From Amphiscolops sp. MND2022 (taxonomy: Eukaryota), in contig OZ076411.1 in assembly GCA_964187785.1 (NCBI GenBank), positions 9,982,001 through 10,046,000 on the forward strand: a DNA stretch of 64,000 bases, given 5' to 3'. This document shows positions 10,646 through 21,039 of the stretch, in pieces. The notes beneath the pieces were generated by a model. That model did no database searches. It had not been told where the DNA came from and saw nothing but the letters and a program-made list of their open reading frames with translations. Position 1 is the first letter of the stretch. The number at the start of each line of letters is the position of its first letter. The position numbers and the translations under genes are program-made.

Positions 10646-12442
10646 CTAGTTTTTTGAGTTTTTAAGGATAGAAGTGGTGGGTTTATTGGTGGGGTCATCA
10701 CGACTACTGGTCGTGTCGTCATCCTTTGGACTATCCAATTTGAGGTTTTTGGGCTTGAGGTGGGCTCCGGCGCCTTTCCAACATCTCTCCGCCGGGTGAT
10801 TGGTTTTGTCACAAGTCGGGCACTTTGGGTACTCTTTTTTGGTACTCGAGCCTTCGTTGCGTTTTTGCTCTTCCTTTCGTTTTAGTTTTCGGCAATCGTC
10901 TTTGACATGTCCAGGTTTTTTGCAGTAGTTGCAAGTTATTCCTGGGTCAATGCCTGATGAAAGGAGTCCTTGACCCGGTCGTGTGGCTGTCGGGGCTGTT
11001 GACATTGTGGGAACGGGAATGTCGTCGCCTTCCTCAAGTCCATTCAACTCCAGTTCTCGTTCGAGATGAGTGACAATTTCTTCATAGGTGGCATTCTCTA
11101 ATCGCGCCATGTTGACTGAACGTTTGAGTTTCGGTGGGAGTTTTGCGTATAGCAGACTGTCAATCATGGCTTGTGCGTGCTCGCCAAAGGCTTTTTCGGC
11201 GCCCTGATTGAGCTCCTCGAGAAAATCGGGCAATTTCATTGTGTTTGGGTCAAATACCAATTTGTGCCATTTATGTTTGGCAGTTGCCTGGGATTCAGGT
11301 TTGACATATTTCCTACGGAACACAGCTAGTACGTCTTCTAAGGTTTGTCTATTGGCCGAACTGATGTTGCGGAAGGTTTGCAGGGCATTTTTGCGTAACA
11401 GTGAATGAAAGTGATTAATTTTCATTGCTTCCGTCATCTCGGGTTGCATCTTTATCACCGTGTGAAAAAGGTCTTCAAACAGTTCGAATTTTTCAGATTT
11501 GCCGTCAAATGTAAGTGTGGCAGTATTGACTGGTCGTACCATCAGTGTTTGTGCTGATGATTTGTTGTTCATTCCCATGATGACATCGGCAAGTCTGTTT
11601 ATGGGGTCTAATGGTGTTTGGGGCTGCATTTCCCGGTCATTGATAGAGTTTGAGGGAATCTGTGCCGGGAGAGTGGTATCTAATGTGTCATCGTTGACGC
11701 ATTGTTGGTGGGGAATTTTGTTTCTGGACTGCGTGGGACGTCCGGTCAGAAATTCAGGGACTACATGTGGAGTAAGGTTGGCTCCTGTCACCATGTCATA
11801 ACCTACATCATTTTCACTTTGTTCAGAATCTTCCAAACATTCCATTTGATGATTTGAAAGGTTATTTGCTGTTGTATTTAGTCCAGGGAAATTCTCTCTT
11901 GAGTCCTGGACCTGTTGGCTGAATTTACTTTTATGCCGTCCATATGACCCAAGGTCCAAAGTTTGGTCCATAGGGACGTTTCTACTCGGATGCCGTCCAT
12001 CTGACCGAAGGTCCAATTTCGCGTTCTTAGGCTCCCTATGATTTACTATGACATTTTCGATGCTCGGTAGTATTTTTTCATCGATAGCGGAGTTTATTAC
12101 CTCCATAATATGGGAATTTAGATCAGATTTCATTTCTTCCAATTTCCTCGACATCTGTGAAGAAATTTCTGAACTAATTGCTCTACTAGTTTCTACTGTA
12201 ATTTCACTATTCTCACTCAAATTAGTATTCAAAAGAGATCTATAGTTGCTTTCTTCTTGTCTGAAACCTTGTTGCCGTCCACTTGACTCAGGGTCAATTT
12301 CTATTTGATCTACTGTGTTTTGGTCTCTAATCTCGCTGTTTGAGTAATTTCCAAGCATCACATCTAAATTTTCAATATCTGACATTACGTCAGACTGTCT
12401 AGAACGTTTCTCTCTTGCTTTCTGCTTTCTAGTTGAAGGCAT
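10646..12442 (-). CDS. gag: Gag of element 1 (ATG at 12442, inside the LTR)
   Basis: CNYCKKPGHVKDDC and CPTCDKTNHPAERC knuckles. FDGKSEKFELFEDLF capsid-like block shared with element 2. Starts MPSTRKQKA like the other copies. Confidence 0.92.
   Translation of the reverse strand: MPSTRKQKAREKRSRQSDVMSDIENLDVMLGNYSNSEIRDQNTVDQIEIDPESSGRQQGFRQEESNYRSLLNTNLSENSEITVETSRAISSEISSQMSRKLEEMKSDLNSHIMEVINSAIDEKILPSIENVIVNHREPKNAKLDLRSDGRHPSRNVPMDQTLDLGSYGRHKSKFSQQVQDSRENFPGLNTTANNLSNHQMECLEDSEQSENDVGYDMVTGANLTPHVVPEFLTGRPTQSRNKIPHQQCVNDDTLDTTLPAQIPSNSINDREMQPQTPLDPINRLADVIMGMNNKSSAQTLMVRPVNTATLTFDGKSEKFELFEDLFHTVIKMQPEMTEAMKINHFHSLLRKNALQTFRNISSANRQTLEDVLAVFRRKYVKPESQATAKHKWHKLVFDPNTMKLPDFLEELNQGAEKAFGEHAQAMIDSLLYAKLPPKLKRSVNMARLENATYEEIVTHLERELELNGLEEGDDIPVPTMSTAPTATRPGQGLLSSGIDPGITCNYCKKPGHVKDDCRKLKRKEEQKRNEGSSTKKEYPKCPTCDKTNHPAERCWKGAGAHLKPKNLKLDSPKDDDTTSSRDDPTNKPTTSILKNSKN
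10649..10655 (-). promoter_or_regulatory. -1 ribosomal frameshift heptamer A AAA AAC at the gag/pol junction, element 1
   Basis: TCA AAA AAC TAG ends gag and the -1 frame continues into pol. Same heptamer as element 2. Confidence 0.8.
11781..11793 (-). promoter_or_regulatory. Primer binding site TGGTGACAGGAGC, element 1
   Basis: TGG immediately follows the LTR-terminal CA. The 13-mer is identical in element 2. Confidence 0.8.
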
Positions 12443-13347
12443 TTTCAAGGAATGGATTTGATTCCAACAGTGAATTGATCAACAGTAACAAATCAAACAG
12501 TTTTGTATCGTAGCGTTTTCAATCAATGAATGAATGTCCCTTCTTATTACAAATTCCGCGTATATATAGTTTATACTGCATGACACGCAATATTTTGCGT
12601 GTCAGGAACTAAATTTAGGGTGATATCATTCTAAATATAGCCCCGATTTCATTATTAGGTCACTAGTCCTAAAAATAGACTGAGGGTTTTGACATTACGT
12701 CACACAAATGAATAGATATAAATAGCATCAAACAAACAGTGGGTATCTTTACATGTATTCAAATTCAGGTTAAAATCAACCTTTCATGCATTGGTAACAT
12801 CAATACTCAATGAAATTCTAAATATGACCATGCGTCAGCATGACTGCAATGATAGACTGGTACTTTACTCTGATTGGTCAACAAGTACTTGTGACCACAC
12901 GTCGGTTTGACTGCAGTAGAGTACTAGTTAATTAACTAAGAAAAGTGTCTTAAGGTACTCTTTAAACACCGTTTAACAGCACTTGAGTTACTTTGCTAAG
13001 TATTGCGTCGTTAACTAAGTGATGTACTTTAGGTCCAGATTAATTGCAAGTAATTTCATCAATGGGAAATTCTAAATAGTAACAAATCAATAATAGCAAT
13101 TGAATAAATGCACAGATTAAATGCTGTCAGTTTGACCTTTGGTCTAAATAGTAACATCGAAATTGCATGTTTAGCGTTAATAATTCGGTCATTACATGCA
13201 TGAAACAAATATTAAACTATCAAAATAAATGCTAAAGTTCGTTTCAGAATTTGTTCTAGATAGGTAGTACCCCGGGGGCTGGTGGCGTCTCATTACCTTC
13301 TGGCATCATTTGGTATAGGATGCCGTCACAAGCGGCAGCTTGCGACA
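11794..13347 (-). repeat. 5' LTR of element 1 (1,554 bp)
   Basis: Bounded by TG..CA and abuts the PBS. Its terminus TGTCGCAAGCTGCCGC matches the element 2 terminus TGTCGCAGGCTGCCGC. The partner LTR is not in the window. Confidence 0.8.
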
Positions 13348-15047
13348 GTAATTAATCATACGAATGATTTTCACCACAAAAAAAACGAGACAGTGGATTC
13401 AGACAGTCTGAATGCGTAAATCTATATACATAATCATTTTCTGTCCAAGAATTGATTTAAAAACAGCCTAAACATTGCAACTTTATTGCCTGAAGCAATT
13501 GACCTTTCCACACATGAACATTTTTACAATTTTTGTTTCTTAAAAATTAGGATTAGCCCGAGAAATTGGAGACAAAGCAATTTAGGGAACTCAAGTTGAT
13601 TATTTTTCTTCGGATTGCTACAGATTTCTTGGATTGACAACTCTCAGTAAATTGAAAAAGCGATTTAATTGACTTTTTACGGTCTGCTATTGAAATTGAT
13701 GATATGATTACCACGGAGATTCAAAACCAAATTTGTTTTTCTGATAACCTGATTTCAATGATGACGTTGCATAGACAAAGTCATGCAAAGTATATTCAGA
13801 AAAATCAGAAGTCGAAAAGAATTGCTGTCGAAAAAATTGGGCATTAGGTTTATCTAATCCAAAGGAATTCATGTTTTCAGTCGGCAAAATAATTGAACTA
13901 TGATTACTTAAGTATTGCTCTGTACTAACTTGAGTCATAAAGAATTTCTGTCAAGCTTTTTCATTTTTTGAAAATTTGCATCTTTTGGTTTCGTGAATTT
14001 TGCTTAGCGTGTTATCTAGTCGCATGTAGGCTGGCCATGGTGAAAAATGTACAGTCATTTATTCCGAGAATTCAGAAAAAAGATCCTGTTCCGAGACAAA
14101 CACGTCAAAATAGTTTTTTTTACGTTCGCTGTGACATGATGCTAAATACGTAACCGACCTAAAATGGCAATGTACCTGCCATTTATGTCAAATTCGAGTA
14201 CGGAGCTCTGTTCAAAAGCTTTGAAAATAGCGTTTCTTCTTTCAAACTGTAAATTAAAAATTTTCCAGACTGGGTAAACAATTTACTTTCTTGGAGGAAA
14301 CTTTCGTTTTTTTCTTGAAATTTATTTTTGATCTTTTTATTCAGAATTTTGTTAATTTTTAAAAACATGTTTAGAATTCATAAAATTTATAATTGAGTTT
14401 CGGTATATTGAGATGAGTGCCTTTTAAATTCCACGAGTAAAACAACTTGAATTTCAAGTTGATTTAGATTTCTCCAAGAGAAACAACGTTCGTTTTTTGT
14501 AATCATATTTGTGCATTACTTCTCTTTTTCTGTATTAAATCTCATCAATTGGTGAGACAAGAGATGGTATTTTCGACTTTGCAGTCTTAGACTTTTTTCT
14601 GTATAGGTCATCTGTCATTTTCAACTAGCAGAGTTCAACATAAATTGAAGAGAATTCATTATAACTTGTAATCTCTGGATTATTAGTAGAGCTTTGATTG
14701 AAAAACCCCTTGAGATTATCTTTATTACTTTCCTGAATTTTTGATAACGCTAGTCAGGAAATACAAGAATGATGATAGACTCTTGTTCATTAATGATTTG
14801 ATCTTAGGGATGATTTAATATTGGGAAAGCGTGATCAGATTGTTTGACAATGTCTTGTTAACAGCAAAACTTTAGCATCTCTAGAATAATTTCTCAGAGC
14901 TTGGGAAACTAATCCATCAACAAATAACGCTGGAGATAATTTGACAGTTAATAAATTAGAATGAAGACGCTTGTCCGAAAATGTTGGGCTCAGGAGTTGC
15001 TTCTATCATTCAATATTCAGTTAACAAAAGTTGTCAAAACAACCACT

Positions 15048-15530
15048 AACAAGCCGGGACCGGCCCAAGTTGGGGCCATATCTAAGGCTCAAAAATAGCA
15101 AAAGGACTTCAAAATGTCAAAGTATTGGTGAAATCGGAACCTTTTATGAAAGAAAAAAAGTTGGGAAAAAAAGTCTCACAATGCCGAAAAAAACTGAAAG
15201 AGGACTCTGGGATTTTTCAACATCCATTCTGTTGCAAAACTCCAAAAAGTTTGAAGGGGGACCCTTTGGTGGAAAAAAAATTGAAAAAAGTCACACAGTC
15301 CCGAAAAAATTTAAAGGGGGGACGCTTTGGTCTCGTCCGGTATTGTATGTTACGCGGGAAACCTTTTTGGTTCAGTTCCTTGGGCCAACAGGTACAATTT
15401 GGCGTCTTCTCAAAATTTTGTAGAACTTTTGGTACAACTATTTTGGTCACTTCAGGTGGTCTTAAAAAACACTGACGAAAAGTCATGGCTATAGTCGACT
15501 CTTTTTTTAAAAAAAGCGCCGACTAAAAAA
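15048..15530 (+). mobile_element. Short interspersed repeat, DINE-1/Helentron-HINE-like family (copy A)
   Basis: Begins AACAAG, internal AAAGGGGGACCCTTT-type subrepeats, ends CTATAGTC..AAGCGCCGACTAAAAA. At least 7 copies in the window. Confidence 0.6.
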
Positions 15531-16694
15531 TAGCCACTTGAGTTTTGCTCGAATTGCAAGCTGTTTTTTCAAAAAAGCTTCATTTGTGGCTTGTTATTTT
15601 TTGGTCTCATAATTTTTTTACTTTTTTGAAATTGATGAAATTAATGGGTTTAAATCAATAATTTTTTTGCTAAAAATTCTCTTTATTCGATCTTTACCGG
15701 CAGGAGTTGGTCGTGTTTAGATCACTTATTCTCAAAGAAGACCAATCGGACACATATTTTTGGGTACTTCATTCGTACTTTCATAGACCATCCAATAGTC
15801 TCTTTAAGTTTCGAAGACAGAGGCTGCATCAAACTTGATTCGTTCACCGAATTTCCTCCAAATGTGTTGGAAGTTTCGTATAACTTTTGAGAAACGATGA
15901 AAATTTCATTTGAATTAACTTTTTAGAAAATTTGAGTTTCCATCGTGATAGCGTCGGAGTTTTTTACATCAGATGAGGAAACGAACTTTTGGCCATACGG
16001 AGATCTTCAGCTCAAGCAACTATCGTGAGTCAGTGCCGCTTTTTGGCATTGTGAAGATGAGTTTGGCTCTGACGGGCAAAGTTTGAAGGGCCCACTTTAT
16101 TAGACGACAGTCTTCACACACTGGTACTAATGCATTTCAATCACTAGAATCACTCATCTGAGAACCATATGAGGCTTGACTTTTTTTCGAGTAACTGTTC
16201 TTGTGGGGAAAAGATTCGATTAAAATCCATTAAGGAATTTTATTTTCCTCTCAAGCAAAGTTCAAGTTTCAGCTTCCAGCGGTCGAAAAACGAGTTGACC
16301 ACTTGAGAACAAGACGCCCGTTGAGCACTGCGAAATTTCCACCCCAAACTAGTTCAGCGACATCACATTCTTCAAACTAAAAACTACGAACTGTCGAAAA
16401 ATGTCCAAAAAAACTTGAAAAGCTTCCCATCTTTTGGTTCATTTTCCCCCTTTTCATGAAAAAAATGTCTCCTTATACAAACGTATGCTAAGTAGCTAAT
16501 TGTAGACCAATTGCATGGAACAACCGAAAGTTGCCATGAAAGAACAAGTTTAAAAAATCTGATTTCCCTATTGAATAGTAGGGTTTTTGTCGCTGATAGT
16601 TTGAACTCTGTTGATACTTAAACCTACCAGAACATTCAAAAACTGTACAAACTTTGGTCGAAATTTGGGGTTTTTATAAACAATTAAAATCAAA

Positions 16695-17209
16695 TTTTTA
16701 GTCGGCGCTTTTCGTAGAAAAACGCGGACTATAGTAGTGACTTTTTTTAGGACCAACGGAGTGACAGATTTCATAAGCTTTATTAGCTGCGTCCACTATT
16801 TGCCACACTTAGCATAGAGCCACTTAGCATAGAGGTTAATTATCATAGTTTTTGATGTCTGCCAAGCAGAAGGACGTGGGTTCGAGTCTCACCCTTGACC
16901 AAGTTTTTTGTGCATGTAATTTTGGCTTTGTGAGACTTTTTTTCGCAATTTTTTAATGTCTCCAAAGGGTCCTCCCTTCAATTTTTTGCTATTTTGCAAC
17001 AGAATGGACGTTCAAAAAATCCCAAAGGGCCCCCCTTTTACAATTTTTGGCACTATGCGACTTACCGGAGACTTCAAAAAAAATTTCGAATTTTTTTCAA
17101 TTTTTATCTCCTGCGGGTGCTTTAGAAGAGAATACTTTGACACTTTGAAGTCCTTTTGCTATTTTTGAGCCTTAGATATGGAGCCGACTTGGGCCGTTCC
17201 CGGCTTGTT
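16695..17209 (-). mobile_element. Same short repeat family (copy B), with a tRNA-like A/B-box segment inside
   Basis: TTTTTAGTCGGCGCTTTT...GCCGACTTGGGCCGTTCCCGGCTTGTT termini. GGTTCGAGTC B-box near 16879. Confidence 0.6.
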
Positions 17210-17996
17210 TTAAAACACGTAGACACACGGAAACTTCCATCAGTATGCTCACCTTCTTTCTTCACTTTCTTAGCTGTCAAGTTTTTGATACCGATATCTA
17301 AATGAGTTATAAGTAGGACTCCAGAATTACGGAAATCAGGATACAAGTCTTATAAAAGTAGTTTTTATTCAGATCATTGTGTAGTTGTAAGAGCAATAGG
17401 CTGGTGTTGGACTGGAATCAATGTTCGAATCTCTCTCAAGACTCCACTGCTATGTTATGAAGTTGTTGCTACCTAGGTAATTGTGTGGTCATGAGAGATA
17501 ACGCACACAGCGGAGAAAACAAGACTGAAAAGAGCAACTGCAAGCTATCAGATCGTTGTGACCTAGAGCAAGTTACTTCGAAAGCGTAACTTCGAAGTCG
17601 ACCTTTTCTTGATTTCTTGGGTGCAAATATGGTGCCATAGCTTGTTTTGTTTAAGGATATTTCGTGGGTATGAGTTTTCACAAGGGTCAACAACAAAAGA
17701 TTTAGCAACTTAGCATACTCCTGAATAAAGAAATGTGATTTTTGATTTTTCAAAAAATTGTAAAAACGAACAGAAAAGTGCCAGTTGACACAACGTTTTT
17801 TTTAAATTTTTCATGCTAGATTCTTTTTCCCTTCGGAACAAAATTATATGGAGTTGCTAAAAGTTGCTTTAAAAGTTTTATGAAATTGATAAAAGTTTAA
17901 AAACAGTGTGCTTTGCTTATTCAAGAAACTTAGGTTTTTGAAATTTGAGCGGGCGCACAAAGGTGGTTTTTTTTCCCACAGACACGTATTGATGAT

Positions 17997-18591
17997 TTTT
18001 TTAATCGGCGCTTCATGACGTGAAACGCGACTATCATAGTGACTCGTCTTTTTTCAATTCTCACGAATTGACCAAATTAGTTCTCAAAAGTTATACAAAA
18101 TTTTATGGTCCCAAATTGGAGCATTTGGCCTCGCGAACTGAAACAAAAAGTTTTTCCTCTTCTTCGCGTATCATACTACCATAGTATCAACCCATAGTAT
18201 CATCCGGGCGAGACTAAAGGGTTTCCCTTTCAGTTTGTTTGGCATTGGGAGACTTTTTCAAAAAAATTTCCCAAAGGGTCCCCTTTTCAATTTCTTTGGA
18301 GTTTTGCGACAGAATAGATGTTGAAAAATCCCAAAGGGTCCCCCTTTCAGTTTTTTTGGCATTGTGAGCCTTTTTTGGATTTTCTTACCAAAGGGTTAGC
18401 AACAATGGATGTTAAAAAATGCAAAAGGATCTCCCTTTTAGCGCGCCAGTGGCACTCGTTTGGTTTTTTCGTGAGTTTGATACTCTTTTTGTGAGTTTGA
18501 TACTTTGAGTTTTTTGGCACTTTCATGCCCTTTTGCTGCTATTTTTGAGCCTTATATATATGGCGCCGACTTATACCGTTCCCGGCTTGTT
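17997..18591 (-). mobile_element. Same short repeat family (copy C)
   Basis: Ends GGCGCCGACTTATACCGTTCCCGGCTTGTT. AAAGGGTCCCCTTT subrepeats. Confidence 0.55.
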
Positions 18592-19374
18592 AATTTCAAC
18601 ATGTAGCATTTGCCTTTTCAAAACACGACGATCCGCTCACGATGATTTGCGAAATTTCGTTAGTTTCAACTACTCCATCCTTACTGCTGCTCGTAAAGCC
18701 AACCGAATTGTATAGACAGCATAATAGCATAATAAACACTTGAAAAATACTGCATTTCCAAAAATTTCGGCAGTTCGAAAACAATCGCCGAGAAGTTCGA
18801 AGAATCGTGAAAAAAAGTTATTGACAACATACAAGAACATGCAAAATGTATCCAACGTTAGGGCAGTAACGCAAAATGAGCAAATGTTAGGGCATAGAGA
18901 TTAACTTTGGTACAAAAAAAACATCTCTTTTGAATGTCCGAATTGAAAGTTTTTAGGTAGAATTTTTCAACAAGACGCGTTTCCATTAGAAACATGTTTT
19001 GCACACTGAGAGCTTCATTTGGGAAAAGATCCCGAAAGTGTAAAAATTAGACCACGGTGGGACTCGAACCAAGGATCTCTCGCGTAGCAAATGCATGAAA
19101 TGGGTTCAAGTTGGCCTTTTTTCATTCTTACTGGTTAAGCTTTCGGAACTCAAGAGATTGTGGGGTTCAATTTATCTATTAAACTTTACCGCCGTTAATG
19201 GAAATATAATCATTTTTAACGTCTACTTGTTTCTGAACTTTCATTTGTCAGTTTCGCAAAGAAAGTATTTCCTAAGATGAATTCAATTACAAGATGATGA
19301 GTTAATTTGTAATGTGGTACATAGTAACTCTCGGAATCAGATTCAATCAGAAATAGAGACCGACAAAACACCGC

Positions 19375-20058
19375 ACTTCCCATCGCAGCCCCATCGGTGG
19401 CTACCGCGGTGGTAATGACACATTTTGTGGTGGCCAGGGGTGGACCATCGGTGGTAGAAATATTTTCCCCACCGGTGGCCACTACAAAATGGGTTTTTTT
19501 TTCTGAAAAAACCACAGGAATAAGATCTAGAATTATCAAAAAACAACTGGAATTAGATCTAAAATTATCGAAAAACCACTGGAATAAGATGTAAAATCAC
19601 TGAAAAAACACCGGAATAAGATCTAAAATCACTGAAAAAGCACCGGAATAAGATCTAAAATCACTGAAAAAACACCGGAATAAGATCTGAAATCACTTAA
19701 ATGAAACCGGATAGAGGGGGGAATAAGATCTAAAGAAAAACTCACTGTATAACCAGTGGAAAACGTTTTTCGGACACGATCTGATTCTGCAAGCAGGGTT
19801 TACAGAAGCTTCAGAACCGTTCCTGAAAATTTTCCCATTCTGTTTGGTTTTGATGCGTCTAAATGTATTTCGTGTAGTGAATCTTCAGTTGCTAGAAATT
19901 TTGAACGAAATTTTCATTTCCGAAATTTTCGAATTTTCCACCGATGGTCCATCGGTGGACCACCGGTGGGAAAGCTTCCATGTAATCTAATTTTCCCTCA
20001 CCGGTGGCCACCGGTCGTCCACCGATGGCCAGTGGTGGGTTACCATGGGTTGTCAGTG
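19375..20058. repeat. MITE-like element with CCACCG(A/G)TGG-rich ends and an internal 32-bp tandem array (about 19505-19735)
   Basis: Palindromic CCACCGGTGG/CCATCGGTGG clusters at both ends. ACCGGAATAAGATCTAAAATCACTGAAAAAAC recurs at 19610, 19642 and 19674. Confidence 0.55.
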
Positions 20059-20295
20059 ATCGACCCTTTTTAAATTCAATTTATGAATAAGATTTATGGA
20101 GATTATTTTGGAAGAGGGAGCTTTGAGAGGATTCTTACAGGCTGTAAAGCATCATGTCAGTGAATTTCCGAGTAACAATGATTTTCCAATATAACCAATT
20201 TTTTGTTCTGAAAAGTTCCACGTTATGCAATTTAACTTGAATTTTCTTGAAGACTAAATTATGCAAGCAAGAAACGCACCAAATTTCGGTTTAGT

Positions 20296-21039
20296 ATCAT
20301 TTCACCCCACGTTCATTTCACCCCATATCATTTCACCCCATGTCATTTCACCCCACATTCATTTCACCCCAGGTTCATTTCACCCCAGGTTCATTTCACC
20401 CCAGGTTCATTTCACCCCAAATTCATTTCACCCCACGTTCATTTCACCCACATTTAAATTATCAAATGCGTCTCAGATTAATTACTAAAGCCACCCAATT
20501 TCAATCTTAGCGCTAATAGAAAAGCGTCTTGAATCTATTTACCAATTAGATAAGCAAACGATGCTTGCTATGTGAACCACAAATTCGAAACCGATTAGTT
20601 TCATTTATCGGAATTGTAATACTTCTGAAAAAGGCGCTGAAAAAAACATCCTTCTTCTGCCAATCAAAATTTACAATTATGGATGTTGCGAATCTTCAGC
20701 GAAAAATTTCTTATTCGGTTTTTCTACGGCAAAAAATCCTACAGGTCAGAAACTGACAATCAAATCAAAGCTGACTCAAAGACAGTAGGCATCAAAGTTT
20801 AATTGCTAACTGGTTAATTAAGGCGAGACGCTTTTGTATAATTACAATATGGTGTGAAGTGAAAATGAGGTGAAATGAACTTGGGGTGAAATGATTGTGG
20901 GGTGAAATGAATGTGGGGTGAAATGAATGTGGGGTGAAATGAATGTGGGGTGAAATGAATGTGGGGTGAAATGAACGTGGGGTGAAATGAATGTGGGGTG
21001 AAGTGATATGGGGTTAAATGATTTTGGGGTGAAATGAAC
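20296..21039. repeat. Foldback element whose inverted arms are 16-bp tandem arrays (ATTTCACCCCAnnTTC / GAAnnTGGGGTGAAAT)
   Basis: Array at 20296-20452 and its reverse complement at 20855-21039 around a roughly 400-bp spacer. Confidence 0.75.

Larger units (their letters stand above)
1..13347 (-). mobile_element. Ty3/gypsy LTR retrotransposon, element 1 (3' part and 3' LTR lie outside the window)
   Basis: gag with two CCHC knuckles, pol in PR-RT-RH-IN order, PBS at 11781-11793, LTR 11794-13347. Same architecture as the complete element 2. Confidence 0.93.

Noticed and set aside
14400-14560. hAT transposase remnant (ERCFS on the minus strand)
   Set aside because: Only five residues match, the frame has stops nearby and no other motif supports it.
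16819-16900. tRNA gene (also a B-box at about 19050-19075 on the minus strand)
   Set aside because: A/B-box-like motifs are present but I could not fold a cloverleaf. Probably tRNA-derived repeat fragments.
19505-19735. 32-bp repeats as a CRISPR array
   Set aside because: Head-to-tail tandem units with no unique spacers, eukaryotic context and no cas genes.
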